DNA of 60,770 nucleotides from Pseudomonadota bacterium. Its GTDB lineage: Bacteria; Pseudomonadota; Alphaproteobacteria; Sphingomonadales; Sphingomonadaceae. The position numbers and the translations under genes are program-made. The stretch lies in assembly GCA_023432995.1 (NCBI GenBank), contig JAEZES010000151.1, positions 1 through 60,770 on the forward strand. The letters are read 5' to 3'. This document shows, piece by piece, positions 30,489 through 40,177 of the stretch. The first letter of the stretch is position 1. Each line of letters starts with the position of its first letter. The notes below the pieces were generated by a model. The model was not told the DNA's origin. It did no database searches and saw only the letters and a list, made by a program, of their open reading frames with translations.

Positions 30489-31155
30489 GCGGATTGCCAT
30501 CATTCCGGCACGCGGCGGATCGAAGGGAGTGCCGGGCAAGAACAAGCGGATTGTCCACGGTAGGCCGCTGATTGACTACACGTTCGACGCAGCCAAGGGC
30601 GCCCGATTGCTCGACCGGGTCATCCTGTCGACCGACGACGAGGACATTGCGGCGCTCGGCGCCGCAGCCGGCGTCGAGGTCGTCCGCCGGCCCGCGGCCA
30701 TCGCCGCCGACGACAGCCCGGTCATCGACGCCGTCCGCCATGCGCTCGAGCAGATCGGCGCGGTGGAGCCGCGCGCTCTGGTGCTGCTGCAGCCAACCTC
30801 TCCGCTGCGCACGGCCGGGGACATCGATGCGGCGCTCGAACTGTTCGACCGGACCGGGACGCCGGTCTGCAGCGTCTGTCGCGTCGACGATGCCCACCCG
30901 GCGCGGATGTACCGGCTAGAAGGGGAGATCTTGCGGCCGCTGATGCCCGAGCTGGCCTCCGCGCGGCGTCAGGACCTGCCGCCCCTGTTTCACCGCAACG
31001 GGGCGCTTTACGTGGTGGGCCCTACGCAAATCGCGGCGGGCGAGATCATCTGCGATCCGATGGTCGCATACGAGATGGCTGCCTGGCAGTCGGTCAACAT
31101 CGACAGTGAGTTCGACCTGCTGATCCTGGAGGCGACGCTCGCCAACGGGGACTGA
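30481..31155 (+). CDS. neuA: CMP-nonulosonate synthetase
   Basis: IPARGGSKGVPGKN, STDD, LQPTSPLR, RRQDLP, NGALY. Confidence 0.93.
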   Translation: MGERIAIIPARGGSKGVPGKNKRIVHGRPLIDYTFDAAKGARLLDRVILSTDDEDIAALGAAAGVEVVRRPAAIAADDSPVIDAVRHALEQIGAVEPRALVLLQPTSPLRTAGDIDAALELFDRTGTPVCSVCRVDDAHPARMYRLEGEILRPLMPELASARRQDLPPLFHRNGALYVVGPTQIAAGEIICDPMVAYEMAAWQSVNIDSEFDLLILEATLANGD

Positions 31156-31264
31156 AAGCGCTCTCAGCCAGCGAGATTCGCGCCCCCGAAGGGGCCGAAG
31201 ATGCCGCTGGACAATCCTCTAAAGCTCTGTTGTTAGCCCGATCGGGCTGGAAAGTGGGAATGCC

Positions 31265-32380
31265 ATGACCGAGAAGGTACTGATTACCGGAGGGGCCGGC
31301 TTCATCGGCCGCGCCGTCGTCCGCGAGCTCCTGAAGCGTGGCCACGAGGTGCGGGTTCTCGACAGCCTGATCGAGCAGGTCCATGGGCAGTGCGAGCGGC
31401 CCGCGGAGCTCCCGGACGCTGCCGAGCTGATCAAGGCCGACGTGCGGGATGGCGACGCCGTGCTGCGCGCCCTCGACAGTGTGGACAGCGTCATTCACCT
31501 CGCTGCCGAAGTCGGCGTGGGCCAGTCGATGTACGCCGTCGAACGGTACACCTCGGTCAACGACGTGGGCACCGCGGTGCTCTTCGAAAAGCTCATCGAA
31601 AGGCCGGTGCGACGGGTCGTGACGGCCTCGTCGATGAGCATTTACGGCGAGGGGCTCTATGTCGACAGCGATGGCGCCCTGATCGAAAATGCCCGGCGGC
31701 TGCCGCGCTCCAGCGACGACCAGGGCTGGGATCCGGTCGATGTCCAAGGGCGGCCGCTGAAGCCCATTGCGACGCCGGAATGGAAGCACCCCGATCTCGC
31801 CTCGATCTACGCGCTCAACAAGTATGTGCAGGAGCGAACGACCCACATCATGGCGCCGGCCTATGGCATGGAAGGGGTCTGCCTCAGGTTGTTCAATGTC
31901 TACGGTCCGAGTCAGGCGCTTTCAAACCCGTACACTGGCGTGCTCGCCATCTTTGCGTCTCGGCTGCTCAACGGCCAGAGCCCGATGATTTTCGAGGACG
32001 GCGAGCAGCGCCGCGACTTCGTGCATGTGACCGATGTCGCGCGAGCCTTTGCCGAAGCGCTCGAGCTGCCGCAGGCCGCAGGTGAAACTTTCAACGTCGG
32101 TTCGGGCCGCGACCGCTCGGTGACCGAAGTTGCGCAGGAACTGGCCCGCGCGATGGGGAAGAACGACCTCGAGCCCGAAATCGTCGGCAAGGGTCGCATC
32201 GGCGACATCCGGCACTGCTTCTGCGACGGCTCCAAGACGGCCGAGACGCTGGGCTTCCGCGCCGTCAAGGATTTCCAGGAAGGCCTCGCCGAGCTGGCCG
32301 AGTGGGTCGCCAGGCAAACCGCCGACGACCGGGTAAATCAGGCCCGTGCCGAATTGGAAGCGCGCGGCCTGGTAGCCTGA
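31265..32380 (+). CDS. NAD-dependent epimerase/dehydratase
   Basis: GGAGFIG, ASSMSIYGEG, YALNK, SNPYTGV. Confidence 0.88.
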   Translation: MTEKVLITGGAGFIGRAVVRELLKRGHEVRVLDSLIEQVHGQCERPAELPDAAELIKADVRDGDAVLRALDSVDSVIHLAAEVGVGQSMYAVERYTSVNDVGTAVLFEKLIERPVRRVVTASSMSIYGEGLYVDSDGALIENARRLPRSSDDQGWDPVDVQGRPLKPIATPEWKHPDLASIYALNKYVQERTTHIMAPAYGMEGVCLRLFNVYGPSQALSNPYTGVLAIFASRLLNGQSPMIFEDGEQRRDFVHVTDVARAFAEALELPQAAGETFNVGSGRDRSVTEVAQELARAMGKNDLEPEIVGKGRIGDIRHCFCDGSKTAETLGFRAVKDFQEGLAELAEWVARQTADDRVNQARAELEARGLVA

Positions 32381-33150
32381 TGACCATGCCCGCGGCCGAG
32401 CCTTGGAACTACTTCGACGCCGACCCGGCCTACGCCGACGTGCTCGCCGACCGGCTTTACCAGGGCATCGAGATGGATTCGGCCCGGGCGATCGGTCACG
32501 CGCTGCGAGAGACGGTCAACGGTGACATCGCCGTGCTCGATTTCGGCAGCGGGCCCGGCCACTACGCGCCGGTGCTGTTCCGCCTCTACGACCGCGGCAG
32601 GATGACCTATCGCGGCATCGACATCATCTGCGAGAGCGTCGACGCGGGTAACCGCTTCTTCGCCGACAACCCCGACGTGTCGTTCGAACTGGGATCGGTG
32701 CTCGAGCCGGCCAGCGCCTACCGCGGCGAGACCTGCATCATCTCGGCCAACACGCTCCCGCACGTCCCGCAGATCGCGCCCTTGCTCACGTTCATGCGCG
32801 ACACGCCCGGGATCACCGCGTTCGTCTTCCGGATGCTCATCGGCAGGGAGTGCGTCGAAATCCGCAAGCACCTTCGAGAAGACGATTTCGAGGGGATGTT
32901 CGAGCAGGGCTACCAACTGAACAACATCTACAGCCCCACGTATCTCGAGCACCTGCTCGGGCCGGAATGGTCGATCGAGATCCGCGAAGATTCCACCGAT
33001 CTCGCGCGGCTCGAGGAGCACTCGATCCCCGCACAGAAGACCGACCCTTTCTATGGCAACCGGGTGTCGCGACGCGTTGGCGACATGACGTTCAAGGGCG
33101 ACATCTACATGCCATGGAAGATCGTCACCGGAACCCGAGCCGCCCGATGA
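32380..33150 (+). CDS. Class I SAM-dependent methyltransferase
   Basis: VLDFGSGPG motif I, GID motif II; TGATG coupling. Confidence 0.8.
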   Translation: MTMPAAEPWNYFDADPAYADVLADRLYQGIEMDSARAIGHALRETVNGDIAVLDFGSGPGHYAPVLFRLYDRGRMTYRGIDIICESVDAGNRFFADNPDVSFELGSVLEPASAYRGETCIISANTLPHVPQIAPLLTFMRDTPGITAFVFRMLIGRECVEIRKHLREDDFEGMFEQGYQLNNIYSPTYLEHLLGPEWSIEIREDSTDLARLEEHSIPAQKTDPFYGNRVSRRVGDMTFKGDIYMPWKIVTGTRAAR

Positions 33151-33241
33151 CCGTCACGGGAGGCGGTGCCGAGCACGTCGGTCCGGCTGCAAGTGCGGCG
33201 CGCGGACCGCGGGCGGCCCACCGCCCCTCCCCGGACCGACT

Positions 33242-34168
33242 GTGATTATCCAGCTGCTCGAGCCCGAGGGCTTCCCGCCTCCGGCATTGGAGAGGCTGGC
33301 CTCGATCGGGCACGTGGTCATCGGGACGCAGACCGACACCAGCCGCGTCAACGCAGTGTTCGTCCGGCTCGCGTCCCGCCTCGATGCGGCGTTTCACGCG
33401 CGTTACCCCGAGCTGCAATGGATCGTCTCACCGACGACCGGGCTCAACCACATCGATGTCGGGTATTTCGAAGCTGCAGGCGTACGAATCCTTTCCCTGC
33501 GGGGGCGCACCGAATTTCTCGACCGGATCCGTGCGACGACTGAGCATACCGTGGCCCTGACGCTCGCGTTGTTGCGAAACCTGCCTGCTGCAGCGAAGGC
33601 CGTCCTGGATGGAAAGTGGGACCGATATCCGCACAAGGGTCGCGAGCTGTGCGGCAAGACCGTGCTGATCTATGGCTATGGCCGCATCGGCCGCCAGATT
33701 GCACCGATCTATCAGGCCTTCGGTTGCCGCGTCCTGGCCCACGATATCGTGCCCGATCGCGTGCCCGCCGACCTGCGCTGCGACCTGGGGGTGGCGCTGC
33801 CCGAAGTCGACATCTGCTCGATCCACCTGCCGCTCACGAGCGAGACGGAAGGCCTGATCGGCGAAGCCGTCCTCGGCCGACTTCCCGCTCAAGCAGTCGT
33901 GGTCAACACCTCGCGCGGCGAGATCATCGACCAGAACTACCTGCTCGAGGCGCTCGAGGCCGGCCGGCTCGCTGGCGCGGCGCTCGACGTTCTGGTCGAC
34001 GAGCCCGACCCGTTGACGCCGACGTTGAGAGCTCGACTGGCAGCGCTCGGCGATCGAATTCTGGTGACACCTCACATCGCGGGGTTCACCCACGAATCCC
34101 TCGCCACCGTCGAGACCTACATCGCCGACGTCTTCATCGACGCTTTGCATGCGCCAGAAACTGCATAA
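33242..34168 (+). CDS. D-isomer-specific 2-hydroxyacid dehydrogenase
   Basis: GYGRIG, HLPLT, NTSRGE, AALDV, TPHIAG. Confidence 0.9.
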   Translation: MIIQLLEPEGFPPPALERLASIGHVVIGTQTDTSRVNAVFVRLASRLDAAFHARYPELQWIVSPTTGLNHIDVGYFEAAGVRILSLRGRTEFLDRIRATTEHTVALTLALLRNLPAAAKAVLDGKWDRYPHKGRELCGKTVLIYGYGRIGRQIAPIYQAFGCRVLAHDIVPDRVPADLRCDLGVALPEVDICSIHLPLTSETEGLIGEAVLGRLPAQAVVVNTSRGEIIDQNYLLEALEAGRLAGAALDVLVDEPDPLTPTLRARLAALGDRILVTPHIAGFTHESLATVETYIADVFIDALHAPETA

Positions 34169-35399
34169 ACACCTCAGCGGCCGCGGCGAGTCGCTGCTTG
34201 CGATCGCCAGTTTCGGCATGTCGAGCGTCTATTGGCTCGGGCTCGCGTTCGTCATGAGTGCGGACAGCTACGGCCGCATGATGACTCTGCAGGCGGCGGT
34301 GATGCTGGTGACCACGCTCGTCACCCTCCGCACCCACGATCTGGTCTTCAACCTCATCGCGCAGAATGGCGCCCGCATCGGCTCCGCCTCGGCCGTGGCG
34401 TTCAGGTGGGAGGTCGGTTCGGTCTTGTCGGCCACCCTGCTTTGCGCGGCGGGCACGCTGGTGCTCGACTTGCCTCGCGTGGACTGGGCCTTTCGTGCAC
34501 AGGTCATCGCCTTTGCCGCGATGTCGAGCATCGGCGTCAATCACGGTTCGTCGATCGCCAAGCTCCGTTATCACAGCCGCCACGACATCATCAGCGTGGT
34601 CGAGGCGATCACCAGCGTAGCCTGGGCCGCCGCCTGCGTCTCGATGCTGTTCGTGCCGGGGCGGCCGCCCATGACGATGCTGGCGATCGGCGCGCTACCG
34701 CCCATGATCCGGGCCTTGGCGCTCACTGCCGTCGCGCGGACCGGCGTGGGCCTGCCACAGGCAGTCGCCGGCGACCAAGTGCGGAAGGCTGGCGAGTGGC
34801 GCCAGATTGCACGCTTCCTCGCGGGTGCGCAGTTGATCAATTTCCTCAAGAATGGAGCCGTCTCGATCGAGACGATGATTCTCGCCGCGTTTGCCTCGCC
34901 CGCGACAGTCGCGATCTACCGCATCGCGCGGGCCATGCAGGGCGCATCGAACGCGGCGATGAACGTGTCGTATCAGCGCGCCTATCCCCGGATCGCGCGG
35001 GCGGCGGATGCGGCAGGAAGGCGCGCCGAGATGAGCGCGCTCCGGCGAAGCTCCGCTCGCATTTGCCTGCTTTTTTACCCTCTTTCCGCCCTCGTCGCCC
35101 TCGGCTATGCGCTCCTCAAGCCGGACGTCGACGTGATCGAGATCGAAGTCATCACGGCGGCCACGTTCATCGCGATGTTGGCGACGGGCTATCAGCAGGC
35201 GGCCTTTGCTGCCTTGTCGATCGCAGGAGACAATCGTTCGGCGGGCCTCGCCTATGGAATTTCGACCGGTTTTCTCTTGCTCGCCTCGACGCTGCTGTTC
35301 CTCTGGCCAAGCGTCGAGATTTTCCTGATGGGAATTATCGGTGCTGCCTTCGTTCGCCTATGGATCATGGACATGCGCAGCCAGAAACTCGTTCGATAG
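34149..35399 (+). CDS. wzx: Putative oligosaccharide flippase
   Basis: About 12 hydrophobic segments, YG near the N-terminus, VAIYRIA; locus context. Confidence 0.65.
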   Translation: MRQKLHKHLSGRGESLLAIASFGMSSVYWLGLAFVMSADSYGRMMTLQAAVMLVTTLVTLRTHDLVFNLIAQNGARIGSASAVAFRWEVGSVLSATLLCAAGTLVLDLPRVDWAFRAQVIAFAAMSSIGVNHGSSIAKLRYHSRHDIISVVEAITSVAWAAACVSMLFVPGRPPMTMLAIGALPPMIRALALTAVARTGVGLPQAVAGDQVRKAGEWRQIARFLAGAQLINFLKNGAVSIETMILAAFASPATVAIYRIARAMQGASNAAMNVSYQRAYPRIARAADAAGRRAEMSALRRSSARICLLFYPLSALVALGYALLKPDVDVIEIEVITAATFIAMLATGYQQAAFAALSIAGDNRSAGLAYGISTGFLLLASTLLFLWPSVEIFLMGIIGAAFVRLWIMDMRSQKLVR

Positions 35400-35440
35400 C
35401 AGGAACATGGGTCCCCTCCCCACGGAAGGTCGCAGGAATC

Positions 35441-36274
35441 ATGGAAGATACTCTCTCTCGAGCCCCGTCTCGAAACTCGCCACCGATCGAGCATTGGCCG
35501 CTTTCGGAATATACCTCGCAGCGCCAGATCGAGGGTTGGTCGGTCGACGAGGACAACGCCGAGCTGAACGCGCTGAGCGATGAGGAAAAACTCAAGTTCC
35601 TCAAGTACAAGCACGAGCATCTTGGTCGCGATTGGACGGACTTCTATTTCCGCAAGCTCGGTGTGCCCGTGCGCGGCAGAATTCTCGAGCAGGGGGCGGG
35701 AATCTTCTGGCTGTCATCCTATCTGGCTTCGATCGACGAGGTCGAGGAGATCGTCGGCGTCGAGCTGAGCGAAAGCCGCATCCGCGCGTTTCGCGACTTG
35801 TCGCTCTCGCTGTTCGAGGGGGCGGACGCCAGCAAGATTCGATACGTGGTGGGAGATATGCATCGGCTCGACGTGCCGGATGGCACTTTCGACCTGATCG
35901 TCTGCGACGCCGTGCTGCACCATGCAGACAACCTCGTCGCGGTCTTGCGCGAATCCTGGCGCGCGCTGAAGCCGGGCGGATGGTTCGTCGCGCTGCGCGA
36001 GCCGATCATCTCGCCCCTGCGGACGAAGGATCCGGTGTTCCACAGCCGGTATCCGGAAGAAGGAACCGCGATGTACTACTACCGCGAGGGCTGGAAGAGC
36101 GCGTTCCTCAATGCGTGGTACGTCAATTTCCGGACCACGCCCTTTGTCGAATACGGATTTGTCCGGGGCCGGAAGATGCCCTGGCTGGTCCGGCGCCTGC
36201 TCCGGGCCGTGGATATCCGGCGGCACTTGCGATACTATCCCAAGCTCTGCCTGGCCGGTCAGAAGCCGCTCTAG
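35441..36274 (+). CDS. Class I SAM-dependent methyltransferase
   Basis: ILEQGAG, GDMH, FDLIVCDAVLHH, LKPGG; AGGA SD before ATG 35441. Confidence 0.88.
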   Translation: MEDTLSRAPSRNSPPIEHWPLSEYTSQRQIEGWSVDEDNAELNALSDEEKLKFLKYKHEHLGRDWTDFYFRKLGVPVRGRILEQGAGIFWLSSYLASIDEVEEIVGVELSESRIRAFRDLSLSLFEGADASKIRYVVGDMHRLDVPDGTFDLIVCDAVLHHADNLVAVLRESWRALKPGGWFVALREPIISPLRTKDPVFHSRYPEEGTAMYYYREGWKSAFLNAWYVNFRTTPFVEYGFVRGRKMPWLVRRLLRAVDIRRHLRYYPKLCLAGQKPL

Positions 36275-36320
36275 GCGCGCTGGTCCGCCTCCCGAAAACG
36301 CTGTTTCTTGAGTCTAAGCC

Positions 36321-37685
36321 ATGCGCTTGATCGCGGTCCTTTTGCCCTACGCGGTCTCGATACGCGACTTCGTCCATACCGGCACGCTGAGCGGCCTGCT
36401 CAGCATTCCTGACGTCACGATCGACATCTACACGCAGAACGGGGACTTGCCGGAGCTCGACGCGATCCGCTCCGCTCGCGTGCGCGTGAAGGAAATCGCG
36501 CCGCACACGAGCGGCCGGATCGAAGCCGTCCTCAAGAAGCTGTACCTCTACCTGTTCCACGACGTGTTCGTGCACGTGCAACATGGGGTCGAGGCGGTCC
36601 CGGGCCGCCGGCTGCCGGTCCAGCTCCTCGTGCTGGCAAGGAAGCTAGCGGGCACCCGGCGGGCGTTGCGCTTCTACGCCTGGCTGCTGATGCGGGTATC
36701 GGCGAGAGCGCGGACCAACCAGATCGACGGAACGCCCGATCTCGTGATTTCGACCCGGTCGCTGATCAACTCGCTGGATTACGGGATTGTCCTCGAGGCG
36801 AGCAAGCGGGGGCTGCGACAGCTGACCGCCGCCGCCAGCTGGGACAATTTCACCACCAAGGGCTTCTTCCCCTTCCCGGTCGCCAAGACGATCGTGTGGA
36901 ATCGCAAGATGGCCGAAGAGCTCGAGGAACTGTTCGAGGTCGAGCCGGACAAGATCGTCATCGCCGGCTATCCGCGCGTGCGGCTGCTGCGCAACACCGG
37001 CACCTTCGGCGACGCCGAGACCTACCTCCGCTCGCTGGGACTGGACCGCTACCGGCGCTTCATCCTGCACACCGTTTCCTATTCCGAGCTGACGCGGAAC
37101 GCTCCCGGCGAAACGCCTGTCGAATACGTGATGGCGCGCGAGGTCGCGACCGCACTCGTCGAACGCCTGCCGGCCGATACCTGCATCCTGGTCCGGCTTC
37201 ATCCATTCAGCGACACACGCGACGAAGCGGCGTTTGACGGGGTGGACCGGCTGCACGTGTTCGTGCCCGGGCGCCAGGACCGCTACGTCGAGCGGGTCAT
37301 GAGCGAGGCCGACGAGGTCCATCTCGCCTGCCAGCTGACATACAGCGAGTGCGTCGTCTCGATGGCTTCGACCATCACCATCGACGCTCTGTCGATCGGG
37401 CAGCCGATCATCAACGTCGCGTTCGAACCGTCCGGTGCGCCCCCGTCGAGCAAGGCGCTACGCCGGTTCTACGAATACAATCACCTGCGCGATCTGCTCG
37501 CGGCCGTGACGCCCCCCATGGCCACCGACATCGATCAGGTCATCGCGTTCGTCGAACGGTGCATGGCAGGAAACAAGGAGCTCGGTGCCAACATGGAAGC
37601 GTTCGAACGGCTGTACGTGCCCGATGACTCGGACGACTACCCGAGCGTGGTCAAGGCGACCGTGGAGGAACTGTTGGCGAGTTGA
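36321..37685 (+). CDS. GT-B-fold protein (CDP-glycerol glycerophosphotransferase-like); candidate nonulosonate transferase
   Basis: SWDN, VWN, GYPR, RLHP, STITIDA motifs; between the neu genes and wzy. Confidence 0.6.
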   Translation: MRLIAVLLPYAVSIRDFVHTGTLSGLLSIPDVTIDIYTQNGDLPELDAIRSARVRVKEIAPHTSGRIEAVLKKLYLYLFHDVFVHVQHGVEAVPGRRLPVQLLVLARKLAGTRRALRFYAWLLMRVSARARTNQIDGTPDLVISTRSLINSLDYGIVLEASKRGLRQLTAAASWDNFTTKGFFPFPVAKTIVWNRKMAEELEELFEVEPDKIVIAGYPRVRLLRNTGTFGDAETYLRSLGLDRYRRFILHTVSYSELTRNAPGETPVEYVMAREVATALVERLPADTCILVRLHPFSDTRDEAAFDGVDRLHVFVPGRQDRYVERVMSEADEVHLACQLTYSECVVSMASTITIDALSIGQPIINVAFEPSGAPPSSKALRRFYEYNHLRDLLAAVTPPMATDIDQVIAFVERCMAGNKELGANMEAFERLYVPDDSDDYPSVVKATVEELLAS

Positions 37686-37796
37686 GCGGGCGACGGGCCG
37701 GTCCGGATCGATTGCCGGGCCGGGCCGCGCATCGCCGTAATGGCCTCGGCACTTCACAACAGGTATCGGCGCGAGACAGGAGCCCGCGGAGAAAGA

Positions 37797-38855
37797 ATGA
37801 AGATATTTGCATTTGCGATCGGGGCGAGTGACCGCGCCAGCTCTCGTTGGCGCGTCTGGGATCATGTCGAGTGGCTCTCGGCCCAGGGCCACGAAGTCCG
37901 CGTCGACAGCCTGGCGGCGCCCGGCGTGAAGAGTGCGGACCGGGCGTTCCTCAAGCGGTTCCTTCTTCGCTATCCCCGGTGGCTGCGCGACTTCCTGTGG
38001 AGCGATGCTGTCCTCATTCAGGAAGCGATCGAGCTGTGGCCCGCTGCTCTGTTCAAGAACCTCGGCAAGCGGCGCCAACTGGTGTTCGACTTCTCCGATC
38101 CCATCGACCGCGGCGGCACCGGTCTCAAGCGCGCCTTGCGCCAGTGGATGTTCAATCTGTTCGTCCGCCGTGCCGACGCCGTCGTGGTCGAGAACGAAGC
38201 CTATATCGACCTGTTGACCGCGCATCGCGACAAGTGTTCCCACTTCTACGGCCCCGTCGATGCCCGGTCGTTCCGAGAAATCGGCAATCGCATTCGGCGG
38301 GAGGGGACAAAGAACCGGCCTTTGCGAATTGGGTGGACGGGAAGCCATGGCACGATCGGCTTCATCGCCCCATTGTTTCCCCTGATCGACGAGCTGGCTC
38401 GCGAACAGCCGATCGAAGTAGTCCTCGTGGGCATCAAGTCGCTCGACCATACGTTCGAGTTTGCCTCGCTGACTTTGGTGCCGTTCGATCATACCGCCGA
38501 CCTGCGCACCGTCCCGAGCTTCGATCTCGGACTCTTCCGGCTGGAGGACGACGAGGACGCGCTTTGGCGCGGAGCCGGCAAGCTGTTCATCTACATGGCG
38601 GCCGGCGTGCCGTTCATCGCCACCGACCGCGGCATCGCCAGCGGCCTGATGCGGCGGGCGAAGGTGGGTTTCCCCGTCGCCCGCGAAGCCGACTGGCCGG
38701 AAGTGCTGCGCCAAGCGGTGAATGACGTAGAGGCCCGGCGAGAAATGATCGACCGTTCGCTCGATTTCGCGCAAGACAACATTTCGTATGATTTGTACCG
38801 CTTGGCGTTGCTTGGCCACCTCACGGCCGGGTCTAGCCCGGGAGCAGACCGGTGA
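37797..38855 (+). CDS. Glycosyltransferase, GT4-like
   Basis: ASSRWR, IGWTGS, KLFIYMAAGVP. Confidence 0.85.
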   Translation: MKIFAFAIGASDRASSRWRVWDHVEWLSAQGHEVRVDSLAAPGVKSADRAFLKRFLLRYPRWLRDFLWSDAVLIQEAIELWPAALFKNLGKRRQLVFDFSDPIDRGGTGLKRALRQWMFNLFVRRADAVVVENEAYIDLLTAHRDKCSHFYGPVDARSFREIGNRIRREGTKNRPLRIGWTGSHGTIGFIAPLFPLIDELAREQPIEVVLVGIKSLDHTFEFASLTLVPFDHTADLRTVPSFDLGLFRLEDDEDALWRGAGKLFIYMAAGVPFIATDRGIASGLMRRAKVGFPVAREADWPEVLRQAVNDVEARREMIDRSLDFAQDNISYDLYRLALLGHLTAGSSPGADR

Positions 38856-40135
38856 TCGGAACTTTGCTGACTCTCGCCGTATGCGCGATCACATGGACGC
38901 TCGCGCGGGTGTGGTGGCGCCATTTCCTTAATCCGGTCAGTTTCAGTGTCCTCGCGTGGGCGCCGGCGCTGGTTCTGCTGAACTGGCCGCCGTACTTCAT
39001 CTATCCCTACTATTGGCACCTCAATCGGCCGATCGGGATTCTGCTTTACACCGCCCTGGCGCTTGCCTGCATCTCGTTCTGGCTCGGATGCGCCACAGCC
39101 AAGGCGATGTCGAAGCCCGGATCTTTCGACATCGTTCCATCGCGCTTGGTGTTCGAGGTCAAGGAAGGCCCGGCGATCGTTCTCTTCGTCATCGGGTTCC
39201 TTGTTTTCGTATACTCCTACGTCAACTCCGGACTGATGGACATGGCGAACCTCGACGTGCGGGAGATCGCCGAGAGCCAGCGCAACCTCTACATCGGCAG
39301 GCTGACCTTCCTGACCTTCTTCATGGACATCGTCGCCATCGCGTTCCTCGCGCAGTTCGTCTGGACCAGGAAGGTGATCTATCTCGCACCCCTGCTCATC
39401 GCGCTCGCTTGCGAGGCGGCGACGCTGCAGAAGAGCCTGCTGATGCTAGTGGTATCGGCGGCGATCTTCGTCTTCGCCATCAATCCCTCCGCCAGCTACC
39501 AGCTGTTCTGGAAGACCCCAATGCGACGGTTGTTGTTCGGCGCGCTGATCCTCGGACTGGTCGTCGGCCTGATCTCGATGAACGCCGCGCGCAAGCACCT
39601 CGAGACGCGCTATACGGCGACCTCGTTCCCGCTTCACGAGGAACTCTACATCTACACCGGCTCGTCGGCGATCGTGAATCTGTCCAACACGATCGAGGGT
39701 TACCTGTCGCAACCGCCGCCGGCGATGGGGGTTTATCTGGCCAAGCCGGTGCTTTGGTACGTGATAGATCGGAGCTACTACGACGAAGCTGCACAAGAAT
39801 TCGGTGGAATCAACACCGGAACCTACCTGCTCGAAGCGTGGGCGGACTTTCGCTGGTTCGGCTTCTTCATCTGGCCCTTTCTTACCGGTGTCGCAGTCAT
39901 GCTGTTCTTGCGGCTCGGCCTGAGCGGTACCCTGACCGGCCTGCTGTTCGGCGCTGTGGCTGTGCGCGCGGTCATCTTCTCGCCCAGCACCGAGGTGATT
40001 TTCGAGCCGGCGACGTGGATTATTCTCGCGCAGGCGCTGTTCGCCGATTTCCTGATCCGAAAGCGACCCTCAGCCGGTTACACCCCGCGTCGCTACCCTC
40101 CGCCCCCGGGAAGGGTCGTGGCCCCGCGCGGCTAG
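38852..40135 (+). CDS. wzy: Putative repeat-unit polymerase
   Basis: About 11 TMs, periplasmic loop ending NTGTYL..WADF; between GT genes. Confidence 0.7.
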   Translation: MIGTLLTLAVCAITWTLARVWWRHFLNPVSFSVLAWAPALVLLNWPPYFIYPYYWHLNRPIGILLYTALALACISFWLGCATAKAMSKPGSFDIVPSRLVFEVKEGPAIVLFVIGFLVFVYSYVNSGLMDMANLDVREIAESQRNLYIGRLTFLTFFMDIVAIAFLAQFVWTRKVIYLAPLLIALACEAATLQKSLLMLVVSAAIFVFAINPSASYQLFWKTPMRRLLFGALILGLVVGLISMNAARKHLETRYTATSFPLHEELYIYTGSSAIVNLSNTIEGYLSQPPPAMGVYLAKPVLWYVIDRSYYDEAAQEFGGINTGTYLLEAWADFRWFGFFIWPFLTGVAVMLFLRLGLSGTLTGLLFGAVAVRAVIFSPSTEVIFEPATWIILAQALFADFLIRKRPSAGYTPRRYPPPPGRVVAPRG

Positions 40136-40177
40136 GCCGCTGGAGCGCTACCCCCAGGCTATCGTTTCGAGCGTCTC

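Noticed and set aside
28301..31155. Calling the neu genes a legionaminic or pseudaminic acid pathway
   Set aside because: No aminotransferase, acetyltransferase or PseG-type gene in the window; cannot be excluded if these are encoded elsewhere.
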